Source of the DNA: a virus
Taxonomy: Duplodnaviria > Caudoviricetes
Virus record (IMG/VR): IMGVR_UViG_2832410175_000003
Location: 1-64,000 of that record
Strand: one strand, 5' to 3'
DNA: 64,000 nucleotides
Part shown: positions 18,277-29,690 of the stretch, one piece after another
How the letters are laid out: each line of letters begins with the position of its first letter
Position numbering within the stretch: the stretch's first letter is position 1
The notes under the pieces: generated by a model
Seen by the model: the letters and a program-made list of their open reading frames with translations, nothing else
Database searches by the model: none
Told to the model about the DNA's origin: nothing
Program-made: the position numbers and the translations under genes

Positions 18277-21200
18277 TTATTTTTTGATTTTGAGAACTTC
18301 GATAATGTCGTTTACCATGCGGCGGGATACAGCTTCATGCTGCTTAACCGTGTCTCCGTCCGCACCCTTGATGATTGTGTCGCCGAAGGTAACGTTCGTG
18401 ACGTTTTCACGCGGGATCGTGACAACTTCACGGTTTACGCCGGAAACAGGCATCTGAGCGGTCTTGGACAGGTCAGGCAGGGCAGAAGCGGATAAACCGC
18501 TGGTAATGGCGGACATTACCTTGAGAATGGAGTCGAGCGACTGCTGTTTAGGCTTGTCGAGCACAATTTCGCCCTTCTGCAGAATCGCCACCATCTCGTC
18601 TTGACGCAGGGTAGAGGCATCGCCGACAACGCCGCCGGTGTGGTATATACCGAGGTACTTATCATAGATGTTATTGCCATACTTGTCATACCAAACACCA
18701 GTGTGGCCATCATAGTGAACACCGAGATCGTACTGGCTGTTGAGTTGACCAGCATAGTCGGCATTCTTTTGATTGAGTGCTTTCTTCTGCTCCGCCGTCA
18801 TATTGGCAGACCAAGTATCACTGTTTTTCTTCATCTTCGCCACGATTCGAGCGATCCCGGCCACATCTGCGTCCCCAGTGCCGTATTTATTCGAATTACC
18901 GATAATGTTGGAGTTGGAACCGCTCGAGGAAGAACCAGAGCCATCTGTGCCGATTGCATCAAGCGCAGCCAAGTAGCTTCCGTAGCGTTTTGCCGCCTCA
19001 AGGGCATTGTCCCACGCCGAGCAGATCTGTTTATTGATGACGCTGCCACTCTCAGTATTCCATTCGATGAGTTCGTCGTACAATGTGCTCCAATTTTTCT
19101 CAATGTAGTCGCGTGCTTGACGATATAATTTCTCTTGGGATGAAATGGAATCTTGCAGCTTCTTAATCTCCTCGTCCTTCTGCTTTTCATAAGCCTCCTG
19201 CAACTTGTCCAAGTTTTCAGTTTGCTTATCATAGGCATAGTCCGCCTGAGAATTTTGCAATTCCTTTTGGAGATCAGCCATTTGTTCCTCGAGTTCTTTA
19301 CGCTTAGCGATGGACTCGCGGCTGTCGTCCAAAGACAGAGCATTGAGCTTTTCTTGGATTTTTGCAAGTTCCTTGACTTTGTCGGCTACATCTTCCTGAT
19401 AGTCGTTCTCGTCTTTGGTTAACTGCAGGCTTTCCTTCTTCAAATCAATAATCTCGGCGTATTTATCTTTAAGGTCTTCCAGAGCATCAACCTGCTTGTC
19501 GATTTTATCCTTAATCATGTCTTCGACATAACCAAGGAGATCATCCACACCAGATTTCATATCATCAAAGTCGACACCGGTTCCGTCTTTCACGTTGGCC
19601 AGAATGCTGCGGTACGCATCTACATTCTTAACAGCCTGCGCATAGCCTTCCTCAGTGAGGTCGAGCATAGCAAGCTGTGCATAGACGGAACCCCACTGAA
19701 CCTCGGTCAGATCGGCCGTCGCGTTCAGCAGATTATTCAGAGAAACAACGTCGTTCTCCTGCAGAGCCAGACGCAGACGTTCCACATAAGCGGAGGCACT
19801 CTCCAACGCCATCTGCTCAGTTTTAGCTTTAATAACACGGTTGATCATTTCCTCATTGATGGTCAGAAGACCATTCTCGTCTTTGAGGTATCCCATGTAT
19901 TCGACGCCAAGTTTGGAGATTTCTTGGAAGGTATCGACGGAGATAAATCCACCATTTGTCGAGTATTCCTCGGCAGCCTTCTTGAACGTGTCGAGAACGT
20001 CCTGAATCGTATCAACAGAGTCGCTTGCCGCATCAACAATATCAGAGAGATAGTCGATAACTTTCTGCTTAACATCCTTAACAGCGTCTTCGTATTCCCA
20101 CCACTGATCTGAGAGGTCGGCCACTTCGTCGCTAAGGTCGGAATATCCCATGCCACGGTAATACTGCGCTTCCTTGTGCAGGTTCTTCTGAGCTTCGCGA
20201 TAATGGTCAATGATGCCGTTGAGCGTAGACTCAATTGCGTCGCCATCGATAGACGAGAAGATAGTATCAACAGTCTTGGTTTCGAAACTGTCTGCAATGC
20301 CGCCGAAGATGCCGGCCAGAGGATTGCCCTTCTTGGCGACACCGTTCAGAATATTCTGCGACAGCTTTGCCGAATTGAAAATCTTACGCTGAGCACGAGT
20401 GAAAGAGCGTTCGAGCTTATCAGTATCGAGCAGACGGTCAAGGCTTCGCTCGGCCAGTTTAACAGCATTTTCATGTTCCGACGTGATCTTGTCGTACATG
20501 TCCTTCATCGTGTCGATGATGCTGTCATGCGCTTCCCACCATGTCTTTTGCTGTGACCTCACATACTCTGATGAATCCTTTTGGCCTTGGGCGCGAAATC
20601 TATCGGCAGCCTTCTTGGCTTCATTTTGAATCTGCTTATAATATGCAACAATCTGCATCGGGTCGCCACGCTGCTTTTCGACGAGGTAGATCTTATGCTC
20701 AATCTGGTCGATAATGTCTTCGACTTCTTCTTTAATCTTGTCGAGAGCTTCCTTTGCAGAATCTGAAAGCTGAGAGGTATCAGCAGAGACTTTGACGGTG
20801 GCATTAGATTTTTTAGAGGAACTGGAAGATGTCCAGTTTCTGAATTTACCGCCCGTACCATAGTTCAAATTACTCAAAGGGTTACTTGCGCTAACGCCGC
20901 CCCAAGTATTATATGCTTGATGGGGAATACCGCCGTGCATCAGACCAGCAGTCAGATTAGCAGGAACAATCGCGTCACCGGGTTTAGTGTTGATGACTTC
21001 CATTCCATGCAAGCCAACAAATTTACTATGCTTGCCGTCTCGAGAAATCCACTGTTCGGGTCCAAGTTCACCGACAAGTGTCTTGCCTCCAATCGCATTG
21101 CCACCAGAAGCGTATTGAGCCATTTTGCCAACGTGCCCTGTATAGAACTGTTTTGGATTTCGACGTGGAGAACCAGTAGCGCTTGGATAGCTATTTGATC

Positions 21201-24200
21201 CACTGTAAACTGGAGCTTTTGGGACGCTACCAGTAGTAAAATTGATAGCATAACTCAGATGGCCTAGTGTACTATCTAACGTTACTTTCAGTGAGTTTAT
21301 CGCTCGATTAGCGTTTGCCGTCTCAATTTTTATTCCGCGCTCGCGTTCGATAGGAGCGAGCGCTTCATCGATAGCGTTGCCCTTTTGTTCAGCTTCAACG
21401 GTGTTTCCCTCAATGGTGAGCTGAACGGGGTTACCAGACTCATCTTGGATTTTAGCCAATGTGTTCAGCACTATCTGCGCTTGCTCGTTCGTAACACCAA
21501 GACTACCCGCGAACGCATCCAAGTTGGTTACGTTAATCGACCAGCCGCCGTCGCTAAGACGTTCAACACTTGCCGCAGCTTCACCTGACGCTGTCTTAAC
21601 ACTTTCAAGTGAGGCTTTCAACCCATCGAACGTAGGTGTGTCTCCACCTATACTTGCTTTGAACCGATTCATAGCAGCCACGAGAGAATCAAGTTCGGTT
21701 ACAGACATATTCTTAACGTCAATGTCCATACCTTCAGTCAACGACTCGAGTGCGACCTTGGCACTACTACTCATGTGCTCCCAAGCCTTAGTGGTTGATT
21801 GGTCTGCTTCATTCACAGATTGTTTGATACGATAAGTCTCATTATTCAATGTCTGAATACTTGACACAACAGAACCAACCGTTTTGGGAACATAGTCCGA
21901 ATAAGTAGAAATTAAGTCGAGAGACTGTTGCAAAGAAGCCGCCGAAATGCCAAAAGCATCGGCTAGGGCGACAACATCATGTTGCGCAACTTGCATGGAA
22001 CCGGTGTTCCAATCTACGTCCATTAGTCCATCGACGGCTTTTTTCTTGTCAGCACTCAGTTCGTTGTACTTCTTATGAAGGGTATTAAGCGTCCCGGTCA
22101 GGTCTTGACCGACATTATCCTCGTCTGTACCTGTCAAGAAGAGACCCTCATTGTCCTTAACCCACTGTTTCGCTTCTTTCAGGCTAACAACCTTGCCGAT
22201 GAGAAGCTCCATTTGGTTGCGAGCTTCCTCTGTGTTGATTTGTCCTTTATTTACTGATTCTGCGAAATCATCATAAATTGAAACCATGCTCTCGTGGTCT
22301 TGAACGTGGTCGGTCACACCTTCCATCGATGTCTCGTATTCTGTAAGAGCGCCGGAAACTGTATTCAATGATTCCGCCTGAGTATCCAACGATTTAGAGA
22401 TTGCATCCAGAGCTTCAGGAAGAGCTCCTGCTTGAGCGAGGGTCGCGAGACGGACAGCAAATTCTGAAGCCCGTTCACCGGTGTCAATCAGGGCTGAGTT
22501 TAGAGCAGAAAGCTGATTCTTAGATAACTTTTCAAGGTCTAACCCATTGAGCAAAGCCTCAAGCGAAGTTCCATCAAATTCTGCACCACTGAGAGCTTCG
22601 GTAAAATTACTGCGGATGGCCTCTCGCATTTGCTTCATATCTTCCTCAAATTGAGTAAGCCCGAAAATTTTCGAGAGGTCAACACTTGCCATCTCATTAT
22701 CTGTCAAATAGTTAGAAAGCTGGGCGCGGATAATATCAAAAAGTTGAGTCGCTTGTCCTTCGAATTGGTCGAACGGCATACTGTCACGTTTATCAAGCAA
22801 TTTGTAATAAGAATCGATAGCGTTCTTGCCAGCATCAGTTTCGGTTACGACCTTCATCATCGCATTTGCATAATTCAGCGCGGCTTTTTCGCCTTTGCCT
22901 TTTAACATAGAAGTGTCAATGCCGGAGACGTAATCAGAAAGAAATGCCTGTTGTGACTGTGAAAGGTCGTAGTATTGAGCGTTTGCCTCAAGAGCTGCTT
23001 GCATAACTTGCTTCAGAGAACCGCTCGCGTTATCATAAGTATCCATTGCAGCAGACCAAGTCCGTTCGACATTAACTCCTTCCGAGGCGAGATCTTTAGA
23101 AAGCAAGTTGGCATCATTTAATTGATTGATGATGTCTTGAATATTATCTCCAAATTTGTCGCTGTTTCCGAGAATAAAGCCATCCATTCCAACTTTTTTC
23201 GAGCCTTTAGCTTTCCAGTAATCGGCATATTCGTTGAACGTCTGACCGGCTGCAGATTCTAATATTTTTTGAAATTTTGATGCTTCACCTGTTCCAGCTT
23301 CAGCAGCTTCTTTGTATGCTTTTTTGAGGAAAGAAGCTATGCCACCCTTAGCATTGTCCAGTTCTTGATTTGCCTGATCAATCTGGCCTTCCATGTCGAT
23401 ATAAGCGGCTTCGTAATTTTGTTTGTGGCCATCGTTTGTCGAAGAACCGCCATAAACCGTTTCGTTTGCTTCCTGAATACGCTGTTGCTTGAGTAGATCA
23501 ATTGTCTGCTGAATAGCTTCGTTCTTATTGATGATAGCTTGCTGTTCATCGTTGTATCCTTGAATAAGAGCTGGGTTGATGGACACAAGCTGGGATACCA
23601 TATCCTGATATTCCTGATATTGCTCAGCGGAAAGAGAAACGTTTTTGCCGCTTTCGGTTACACCTTTAGACAATTCTTCAAACCGCTCGCGCATATTGTC
23701 CACAGACGAAAGATTATTATCAATTTCGGACGTAGCTTTGGAATAGTTACTCAGCACAGTTCCGGTTACTTCCGAGGCTTCTTTTGCGGACATAATCGCT
23801 TTATCAATAACAGTTGCAATTCCGGTTATTGCAATTTGAATAGCCATAACTGCTGCCATCGAAACGGCCATACTTGCAATAGCAGACCCAATCCCCTTAA
23901 AAGTCGATGTAATCTTAGCTCCGAGGGTTCCTATTTTTTCTTGCTTTGCAGTGAAGTTATCGATTTGTCCGGTAACAACATCATACTCATTCCCAACGGT
24001 GTCAAGGGATTTAGCGAACTCACGGCTTTGAATAGTTGCACCAGAAAGAGCTTTTTCAAAATCAGCACCGCGGAGTTTTTGCTTCATCTGAGCGTAGCTT
24101 TTCAGAATATCATTTTGTTCCTTCCAGTAGTCGTGATTTTTGGTGTTATAATTTTTAAGCCAACTGAACAAACCACTTCCGTCCAAAGTGTTTTCTCCAG

Positions 24201-27200
24201 ATTCTCCTTTCCCTCCGATAATGCTTTTCCCGTTCATTGACAGAAGCAGGGAAGCTACAGGGGTGATAAGTCCCGGAAGGACGCCAAGTTTATCAATCAG
24301 AGTGTTGAAGAACCCGAGAATGCCAGAGCCGGCGTCGATTGTGCCTTTCACAAAGCCTGAGTCAAGAACACTCGTGCTTGCGGACTGGAATTGCGCTTGG
24401 AACTGTGCAAGTTTACCTTGAATAGAATCAAGATATTTTGCGTTCTCGGCATCAGCTGAGCCAGTTGCGTTTTTAGTTGACTCGATGACGTCCTCAACGG
24501 TCGACCAGTTCTGGATGAGCGCTGAAGTTGTATTCGCCATTCTCTTCGTTTGTGTTTACAAGGTTTGCAAAGCCTTATGTTGTATCTACAACCTCATGTT
24601 TTCACATGAGACCCGACTATTTCTTCACCCTTGCAACCAAGGGGCATACCTTTTCCATTTAAGGGATTTTCACCCACGCCTTTGCTTGCGCCGTACTCCT
24701 GTTGCTCATAAAGAGCCGAGGGATAGTCTGTGAACCTTCTCCGTGTCATGAGACCGATAGGAGCTTGGCTGCATGATCACCCATTGTTACTGCACTTAGG
24801 CTTTTGACCGTATGCAATCCGCACGTTGTTTCTGCTTTCGCACCGTCATAAACTGCTTTCGCGCTTATTGTGGTGTGCGGCTTTAGGGGGTACCTGCAAT
24901 TAAATATGTTGTTATTGCACATTACTGTACAACCGGGCAAGGTTGATCTACCCGAAATGGTTTTGAGCAAAGCGGCCTGATCCACGTCGCTGAGGCTGTC
25001 ATAAACTTCTGCAATTTCACGCATAATTTGCGTAGTGCTCTTAAATTGCGTTCCAGCCTCATCAGACATAATGTCCACTTTGTCGTGAGTTAAAGTTTCG
25101 ATGGTTTCGCGAAGCTCACTTACAGAGTTTGCCATACCATCCGTTTCGATTCCGGCCTCTTCAGCATCGGCTTTAGCGGCACGGAGGTACATACTAAGGG
25201 TTTTAGCCCATGTCAATCTGTTACTTTCGGCGGGTCGCCTACTGACCACTTTTGTGGCGGCAAGGCCGTTAAACCTTGCTCTCGCGTTTCGTTGTTAGAT
25301 TATAGCGCGAGTTCGGACTGTATCTTCACCCCAGAGCGGGGGAATGGCGAAGCCCCGCTTGTTACCAAGCGGGGCTTTACAGTCTCTACGGATTTTGAAT
25401 TAGCTTAAAGGAATATAGATAGGTTCATTAAGCTCACAAGATTCATGGTTATCATCAAAATATTTTGTTATGGCAAACGCCACAATTTTGTCTCGTTTGT
25501 TCCACATATCAAAAGTATCGTCTATATAAACAGCTGTACTAAACTTACGACTTGGCTCAACTGTAGAACCACACGGAGCACCTAATGTAGTCAATGTGCG
25601 TCCTTTTTTATCAAGTAAATCAACTAAAAACCCAGCATTCTCTAAGGTATCCTGAGAAATATTTTCTCCGGTAAACCAATATTCAATAGAACCATCGTAT
25701 GGAGATTTCTGCGAATCAAATTCTATTTTTAGGGGAAAATAACAGTCAGCATTAGCGTCGCCGCTGCCACTTCCGGGTTTAACTCTACTGGAACAACCAC
25801 ATAACACTCCCAACAACATAACGATGAGAGCAATAATACTAATATTCCTTTTCATTTTCATCCACTCCTTTACCTCAATTATACATTAAGATAGAAGAGA
25901 ATGGAAGCTAAAATTCAATCTTTCCTCGGTCTGAACCGTCTCCGGCCTTTAACCGATATAGCCATTTGCTTGCTCGCATATTACTATGCGGCTGGGCGCA
26001 TGGATTCACCCACTGTATCAGGATCTTGTCGTTTCTGTTACTTGTTAGCGCTGATATACCACTAATCTGACCGCAAAGCGGCGGCAAGGTCTTTCGGCCT
26101 TACTCTCACGTTTCCTTTCATTATTGCGTGAGTCCGGACTGTATATTACACCCTTCCCAGAGGAGTGGGGTGGATTGGTTCAGCTCTGGTGTTACCATCA
26201 GAACCCCGCAGTCTCTACGGATATTGCTACCCACGGTCTCTGCTGTCGCCAGCCTTTGACCGTTTTACCAATCTGCTTGCGAACGTATTACTACGCCGCG
26301 TGGCAAAGATCTACCACTTCGTTTGCTGCTGTTACGAGGCCCAAACTCTCATCGAGAGAGTTGCCGCCTGCGTACAGAGCTGCTGCTGATCTTTTGAGGG
26401 CTTCGCCAAGCCCTTCTGCGTACCTTTAGCGCGGGTCGTTACTCCGCACCGACATAAAGTCCTCCGTCTTTCAACGGAGCCGAGATCATATCTTCACCCC
26501 ATAGGGTGCCTACCACTTTCAGAGCACTTGCTCCTACTTTGATCGTTGAACCTTCCTCTATTCGAGGCTTGGCTGCTGATTATCCATTGTCACGGCGTTT
26601 AGGATTTAACCTTGCGCCATCTCTCATTTTTTTCTGCTTTCGCCGCATTCACGTCTGCGCCTGTTCGGCACTGCGTTGTAGCATGAGAGCTTTAGGACGT
26701 CCCAGCAATTCAATAGGTGATTTTACGAACACATTTCTGTGAACGAAGTCCAATGATTAAACTTATCGCGTAGTTGTTTCCGCTGTTTGTTACTTTTTCG
26801 CCTTAAAAACGAAAAGAACAGGTCATTTCTGCCTGTTTCTGCAATTTTATTATTCGATTATATTTGCAGACCCGACTATATCTTCACCTCCAGAAAAGGA
26901 GGGGATGGCATGACCTCACACGTTACCGTATGAAATCGGTTAGTCTGTACGGATTCTTGTGGTCAAGCACAAGTCTTTCCTCGGTATTGCCCATCTCTGG
27001 GTGTTCACCGATATAGCCATCTTTTACGCTGCACATCGCTGTGCAGGGAGGCCGGTCAAAACCTCATTGAAACGGTCTACAACACTTCCAACATCATCAG
27101 CAGCAAGATGGAAGCCCTGCAGAGTAGAAACAAGCGACTGTGCCGCGTCCTCAATATTCGTGTACTCCGACACGTTCATATATTTGGTTGCCCAGTCGCC

Positions 27201-28736
27201 AAGATTGGAGGCATCCTCCAAATTAAATCCGAGTCGGCTAAACTCAGATGTTGCTCCAATTACATCCGTAATCGAAGCGCCGAGGCTCTTCGCGCGTTCA
27301 CCAGCACTATCAAGATAATTAGCGTAATCCTGACTTGAGCCTTCCGAAACCTTTTTCAGGTCGGTCATCGCCGTGTCAACGTCGATAACATTCTGGAGCG
27401 TCTGCTGTAAGCCATTCTGCAATAAGTGCAGTCCTGCCATTGCAATAGCCGTGTTAAAGTGATCTTTGAACAGACGAGTCAGCTTCTGCCCGACAGTTTC
27501 AGACGTAAACCCGAGTTCTTCCATACTGGAGCGAACTGCCGCGAGGTCTCTTTGAAGTCCCTCAACGCTATCACCTTCGCCTGGGTTTCTCGCACGGCTC
27601 ATAATGTTCCGCAGTTCACCTTGAAAATAAGAGCCCGCCGCTTTGGGGTTATTTTTAAGCGTTTCGCTGGCCTGCCGATAAATGTTCGCCAAATGTTCCT
27701 GCGATCTCTGAGAACGAACGGTCGCAGTTTGCTTAGCATTAAACAAATCCGCCTGTGCGCTCGCATCAGCCCACGCGGAACGGAGTCCATTCAGGCCCTG
27801 CGCCAGCTCATAAGTACCGGCCGCCGCATTCTGGAAAACAGATTTTGCATTCTTGAATGCCGTCCAGTCATAATTCTGCAGCGTCCCTTTATCTTTTAGA
27901 GCCTGAAGCTGCGTTATATATTTCTGGCCGGATGCCAAAACATTATCAGTAACCGACTGAGAGTTCTGTCTGGACACTGTAGTCCACATCTTCTTGATGC
28001 TTTTCTCAAGCGCATACTTCTCTGGCGTAAAATCCGCCATGCTCTTGTACTGTTTGAGCATCTTATCAAGGCTGGCTACATTCTCCTCACCAAAAAGGTT
28101 GCCCTGCTTGAGCTTTCCAAACTTAGAGCGAATCTGCTGAACATCCAACATAGATCGCTCGGCCTTTTCCGCAGCCTTCAAATTGTTGCGAGAGAACGCA
28201 ATATTGGTCGCCTGCTGTGCCTCTTTCAGCGCGTTAACGCTTTCTACAGTTCCCTTGGTCGTTGACTCAAACTTCTTCATCGCGGTTTCAGCCGCCGAGA
28301 TAGCCTTTGAATCGATAGGACTCGGCATGTTCTTCAGATACGACATCGTCTGTCTCAAGCCGGTTGCCTGACGCTCCATTGTGCGCAGCTGCCGTTCCGC
28401 AGCTTTTTCTGCGTCTGTTTTGCCCGATGTGGAGCTTTTAGACGAGATTCTCTTCGTGGTAGAAGAGCGAGTTGAAGCCGCAGAAGACTTAGCTTTGCCG
28501 GAGCTGTTTGTTCCAGTTCCGGCCGCCGAGATAGCCTTTTTAATCTGAGCAGTGATATTGGCAGTATCAACGTTTACTTTCAGCTTGGTTGAGGAAGCGT
28601 TTTTGATTGCTGAACTGATACTTTTCTGCAGAGCTGCAGCATCAACTTGAATTGGAAAATCCTTGTAGTTACTGAGGGCGCTTTCGAGTTTGTCAAAATT
28701 AGGGATAAGTTCGACAGTAACGCCTAAATCAGCCAT
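18277..28736 (-). CDS. Tape measure protein, spliced: join(28736-27061, 26782-26760, 26418-26313, 26029-26008, 25213-24950, 24546-18277), 2786 aa
   Basis: Exon sum 8361 nt in one frame; junction peptide FNEV-GNNYAIS-SEGLGEALKRSAAAL...AANEV-VQDPDTVG-TWAKTLSM...TISG-KRMANTT matches the TP901-type TMP core. Confidence 0.9.
24547..24949 (-). ncRNA. Group I intron 5 of TMP gene (403 nt, no ORF)
   Basis: P1 CGGGU/GCCCG with U.G at the splice site; P7 strands CACAGACUA / GAAGAAAUAGUCG; terminal G. Confidence 0.85.
25400..25861 (-). CDS. Intron-encoded lipoprotein (FxLYD-like Ig fold), candidate superinfection exclusion
   Basis: Signal peptide with lipobox LCG/C; FLVDLLDKKG motif; SD AAGGAG; AT-rich. 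Confidence 0.75.
   Translation of the reverse strand: MKMKRNISIIALIVMLLGVLCGCSSRVKPGSGSGDANADCYFPLKIEFDSQKSPYDGSIEYWFTGENISQDTLENAGFLVDLLDKKGRTLTTLGAPCGSTVEPSRKFSTAVYIDDTFDMWNKRDKIVAFAITKYFDDNHESCELNEPIYIPLS
25878..25906 (-). promoter_or_regulatory. sigma-A promoter inside intron 4
   Basis: TTCCAT-17 bp-TATAAT just upstream of the lipoprotein SD. Confidence 0.6.
26030..26312 (-). ncRNA. Group I intron 3 of TMP gene (283 nt)
   Basis: P1 GUGGU/GCCAC; P7 strands GUAGAGACUG / UAAUAUACAGUCC; terminal G. Confidence 0.85.
26419..26759 (-). ncRNA. Group I intron 2 of TMP gene (341 nt)
   Basis: P1 AAGUU/GACUU; covaried P7 CAACGAUCA / GAAGAUAUGAUCU; terminal G. Confidence 0.82.
26783..27060 (-). ncRNA. 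Group I intron 1 of TMP gene (278 nt)
   Basis: P1 GAGGU/GCCUC; P7 strands GUACAGACUA / GAAGAUAUAGUCG; terminal G. Confidence 0.85.
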
Positions 28737-28787
28737 AAATTCACCTTCCTTATAGCAAAAAAGCCGCGGAAAGGCGCGGCTAAAATA

Positions 28788-28815
28788 AAAGAAGCACCAC
28801 GGAAACGTGGTGCTT
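28788..28815 (-). terminator. Intrinsic terminator of the moron
   Basis: AAGCACCACG-TTTC-CGTGGTGCTT-CTTTT. Confidence 0.7.
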
Positions 28816-28825
28816 GGGAATCTTC

Positions 28826-29413
28826 TTAAATTTTAGAACTGTTCTTGGGATATTTAATTTCGACCCGAGAAATTTTCGCAGTGTCTAACGCAATTTTTCG
28901 AGTGTCGTCTTCTTTGTAATCAAATATCGGTTCATCCGCATGTGATTCGCTACCCTGATATTTTTTGTAATTAGTTAAAACAATCCACTGTCGGCCATCC
29001 TCGCTTTTGTGATCTTCTGTAAAATATCCACGATAAGACACATCAGAATCACTTAGATATACGCGGAGCGTAGTTCCTTTTTCGAAGTCGGATATTGCAT
29101 ACCAGACATCTTCTTCGAGCGTTTTATAGAAGAATTGGTCGAGAATACATGATACAAATTCAGAATTGCGGAGAATGCCACCAACGAACCCGAAAGCAAA
29201 AGAAAATGCAAGGATTGCTAAAATACTAATTTGAGGATAAACAGAGCGAAGAACGACAGTCAGAACATAGCTCCAAATAATTGTAGTTGCGGAGAAAATA
29301 TCTCTTTTAGCCGAATAGCGTGCTGTCAGTTTATATGCGAACATAAAAACAGTAGCAGGCACAAAATATACCATTATTTTGTCGAGATTTTCTAAAATAT
29401 ACTCAATGTTCAT
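28826..29413 (-). CDS. Three-TM membrane protein (DUF6338-like moron)
   Basis: AT-rich; 3 TM helices plus soluble C-terminal domain (YRG...WIVL...ISRVEI). Confidence 0.65.
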   Translation of the reverse strand: MNIEYILENLDKIMVYFVPATVFMFAYKLTARYSAKRDIFSATTIIWSYVLTVVLRSVYPQISILAILAFSFAFGFVGGILRNSEFVSCILDQFFYKTLEEDVWYAISDFEKGTTLRVYLSDSDVSYRGYFTEDHKSEDGRQWIVLTNYKKYQGSESHADEPIFDYKEDDTRKIALDTAKISRVEIKYPKNSSKI

Positions 29414-29421
29414 AGATGCTC

Positions 29422-29628
29422 CTATTCATCATCGATAGGTTTGCGACGCTTTCCACCACACACAAGGCGTGCGGGCTTTGTAAATCCACGGCGAGCATGT
29501 CGTTTGCATTGCCCTTTGAAGCATCCGTAAATACGGATATTGGAAGTCCTGCGATGATTATCGCTCATATACCAACCGTGCATATTGCTGCTGGTTCGAA
29601 TTCTTCCTCTAACAGTCTTCCGTTTCAT
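29422..29628 (-). CDS. Small basic protein (68 aa)
   Basis: MKRKTVRGR start downstream of the promoter; Arg/Lys-rich. Confidence 0.4.
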   Translation of the reverse strand: MKRKTVRGRIRTSSNMHGWYMSDNHRRTSNIRIYGCFKGQCKRHARRGFTKPARLVCGGKRRKPIDDE

Positions 29629-29659
29629 AATATCTCCGCCAATCTTTATTTCTGGAGAC

Positions 29660-29688
29660 ATTATACATCTTTCCGTTTCGCCTGTCTA
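29660..29688 (-). promoter_or_regulatory. sigma-A promoter of the moron
   Basis: TAGACA-17 bp-TATAAT. Confidence 0.7.
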
Positions 29689-29690
29689 CT

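Larger units (their letters stand above)
25214..26007 (-). ncRNA. Group I intron 4 of TMP gene (794 nt) carrying a lipoprotein gene
   Basis: P1 UGGGU/GCCCA; P10 CCAUG/CAUGG; P7 strands GUAGAGACUG / GAAGAUACAGUCC; terminal G. Confidence 0.88.

Noticed and set aside
25400-25861. Intron ORF as a homing endonuclease
   Set aside because: No HNH, GIY-YIG or LAGLIDADG motif; it has a lipoprotein signal peptide.
24746-28736. ORFs 27024..28736 and 24746..25249 as independent genes or a TMP pseudogene
   Set aside because: They are exons running into intron sequence; precise splicing restores one frame.
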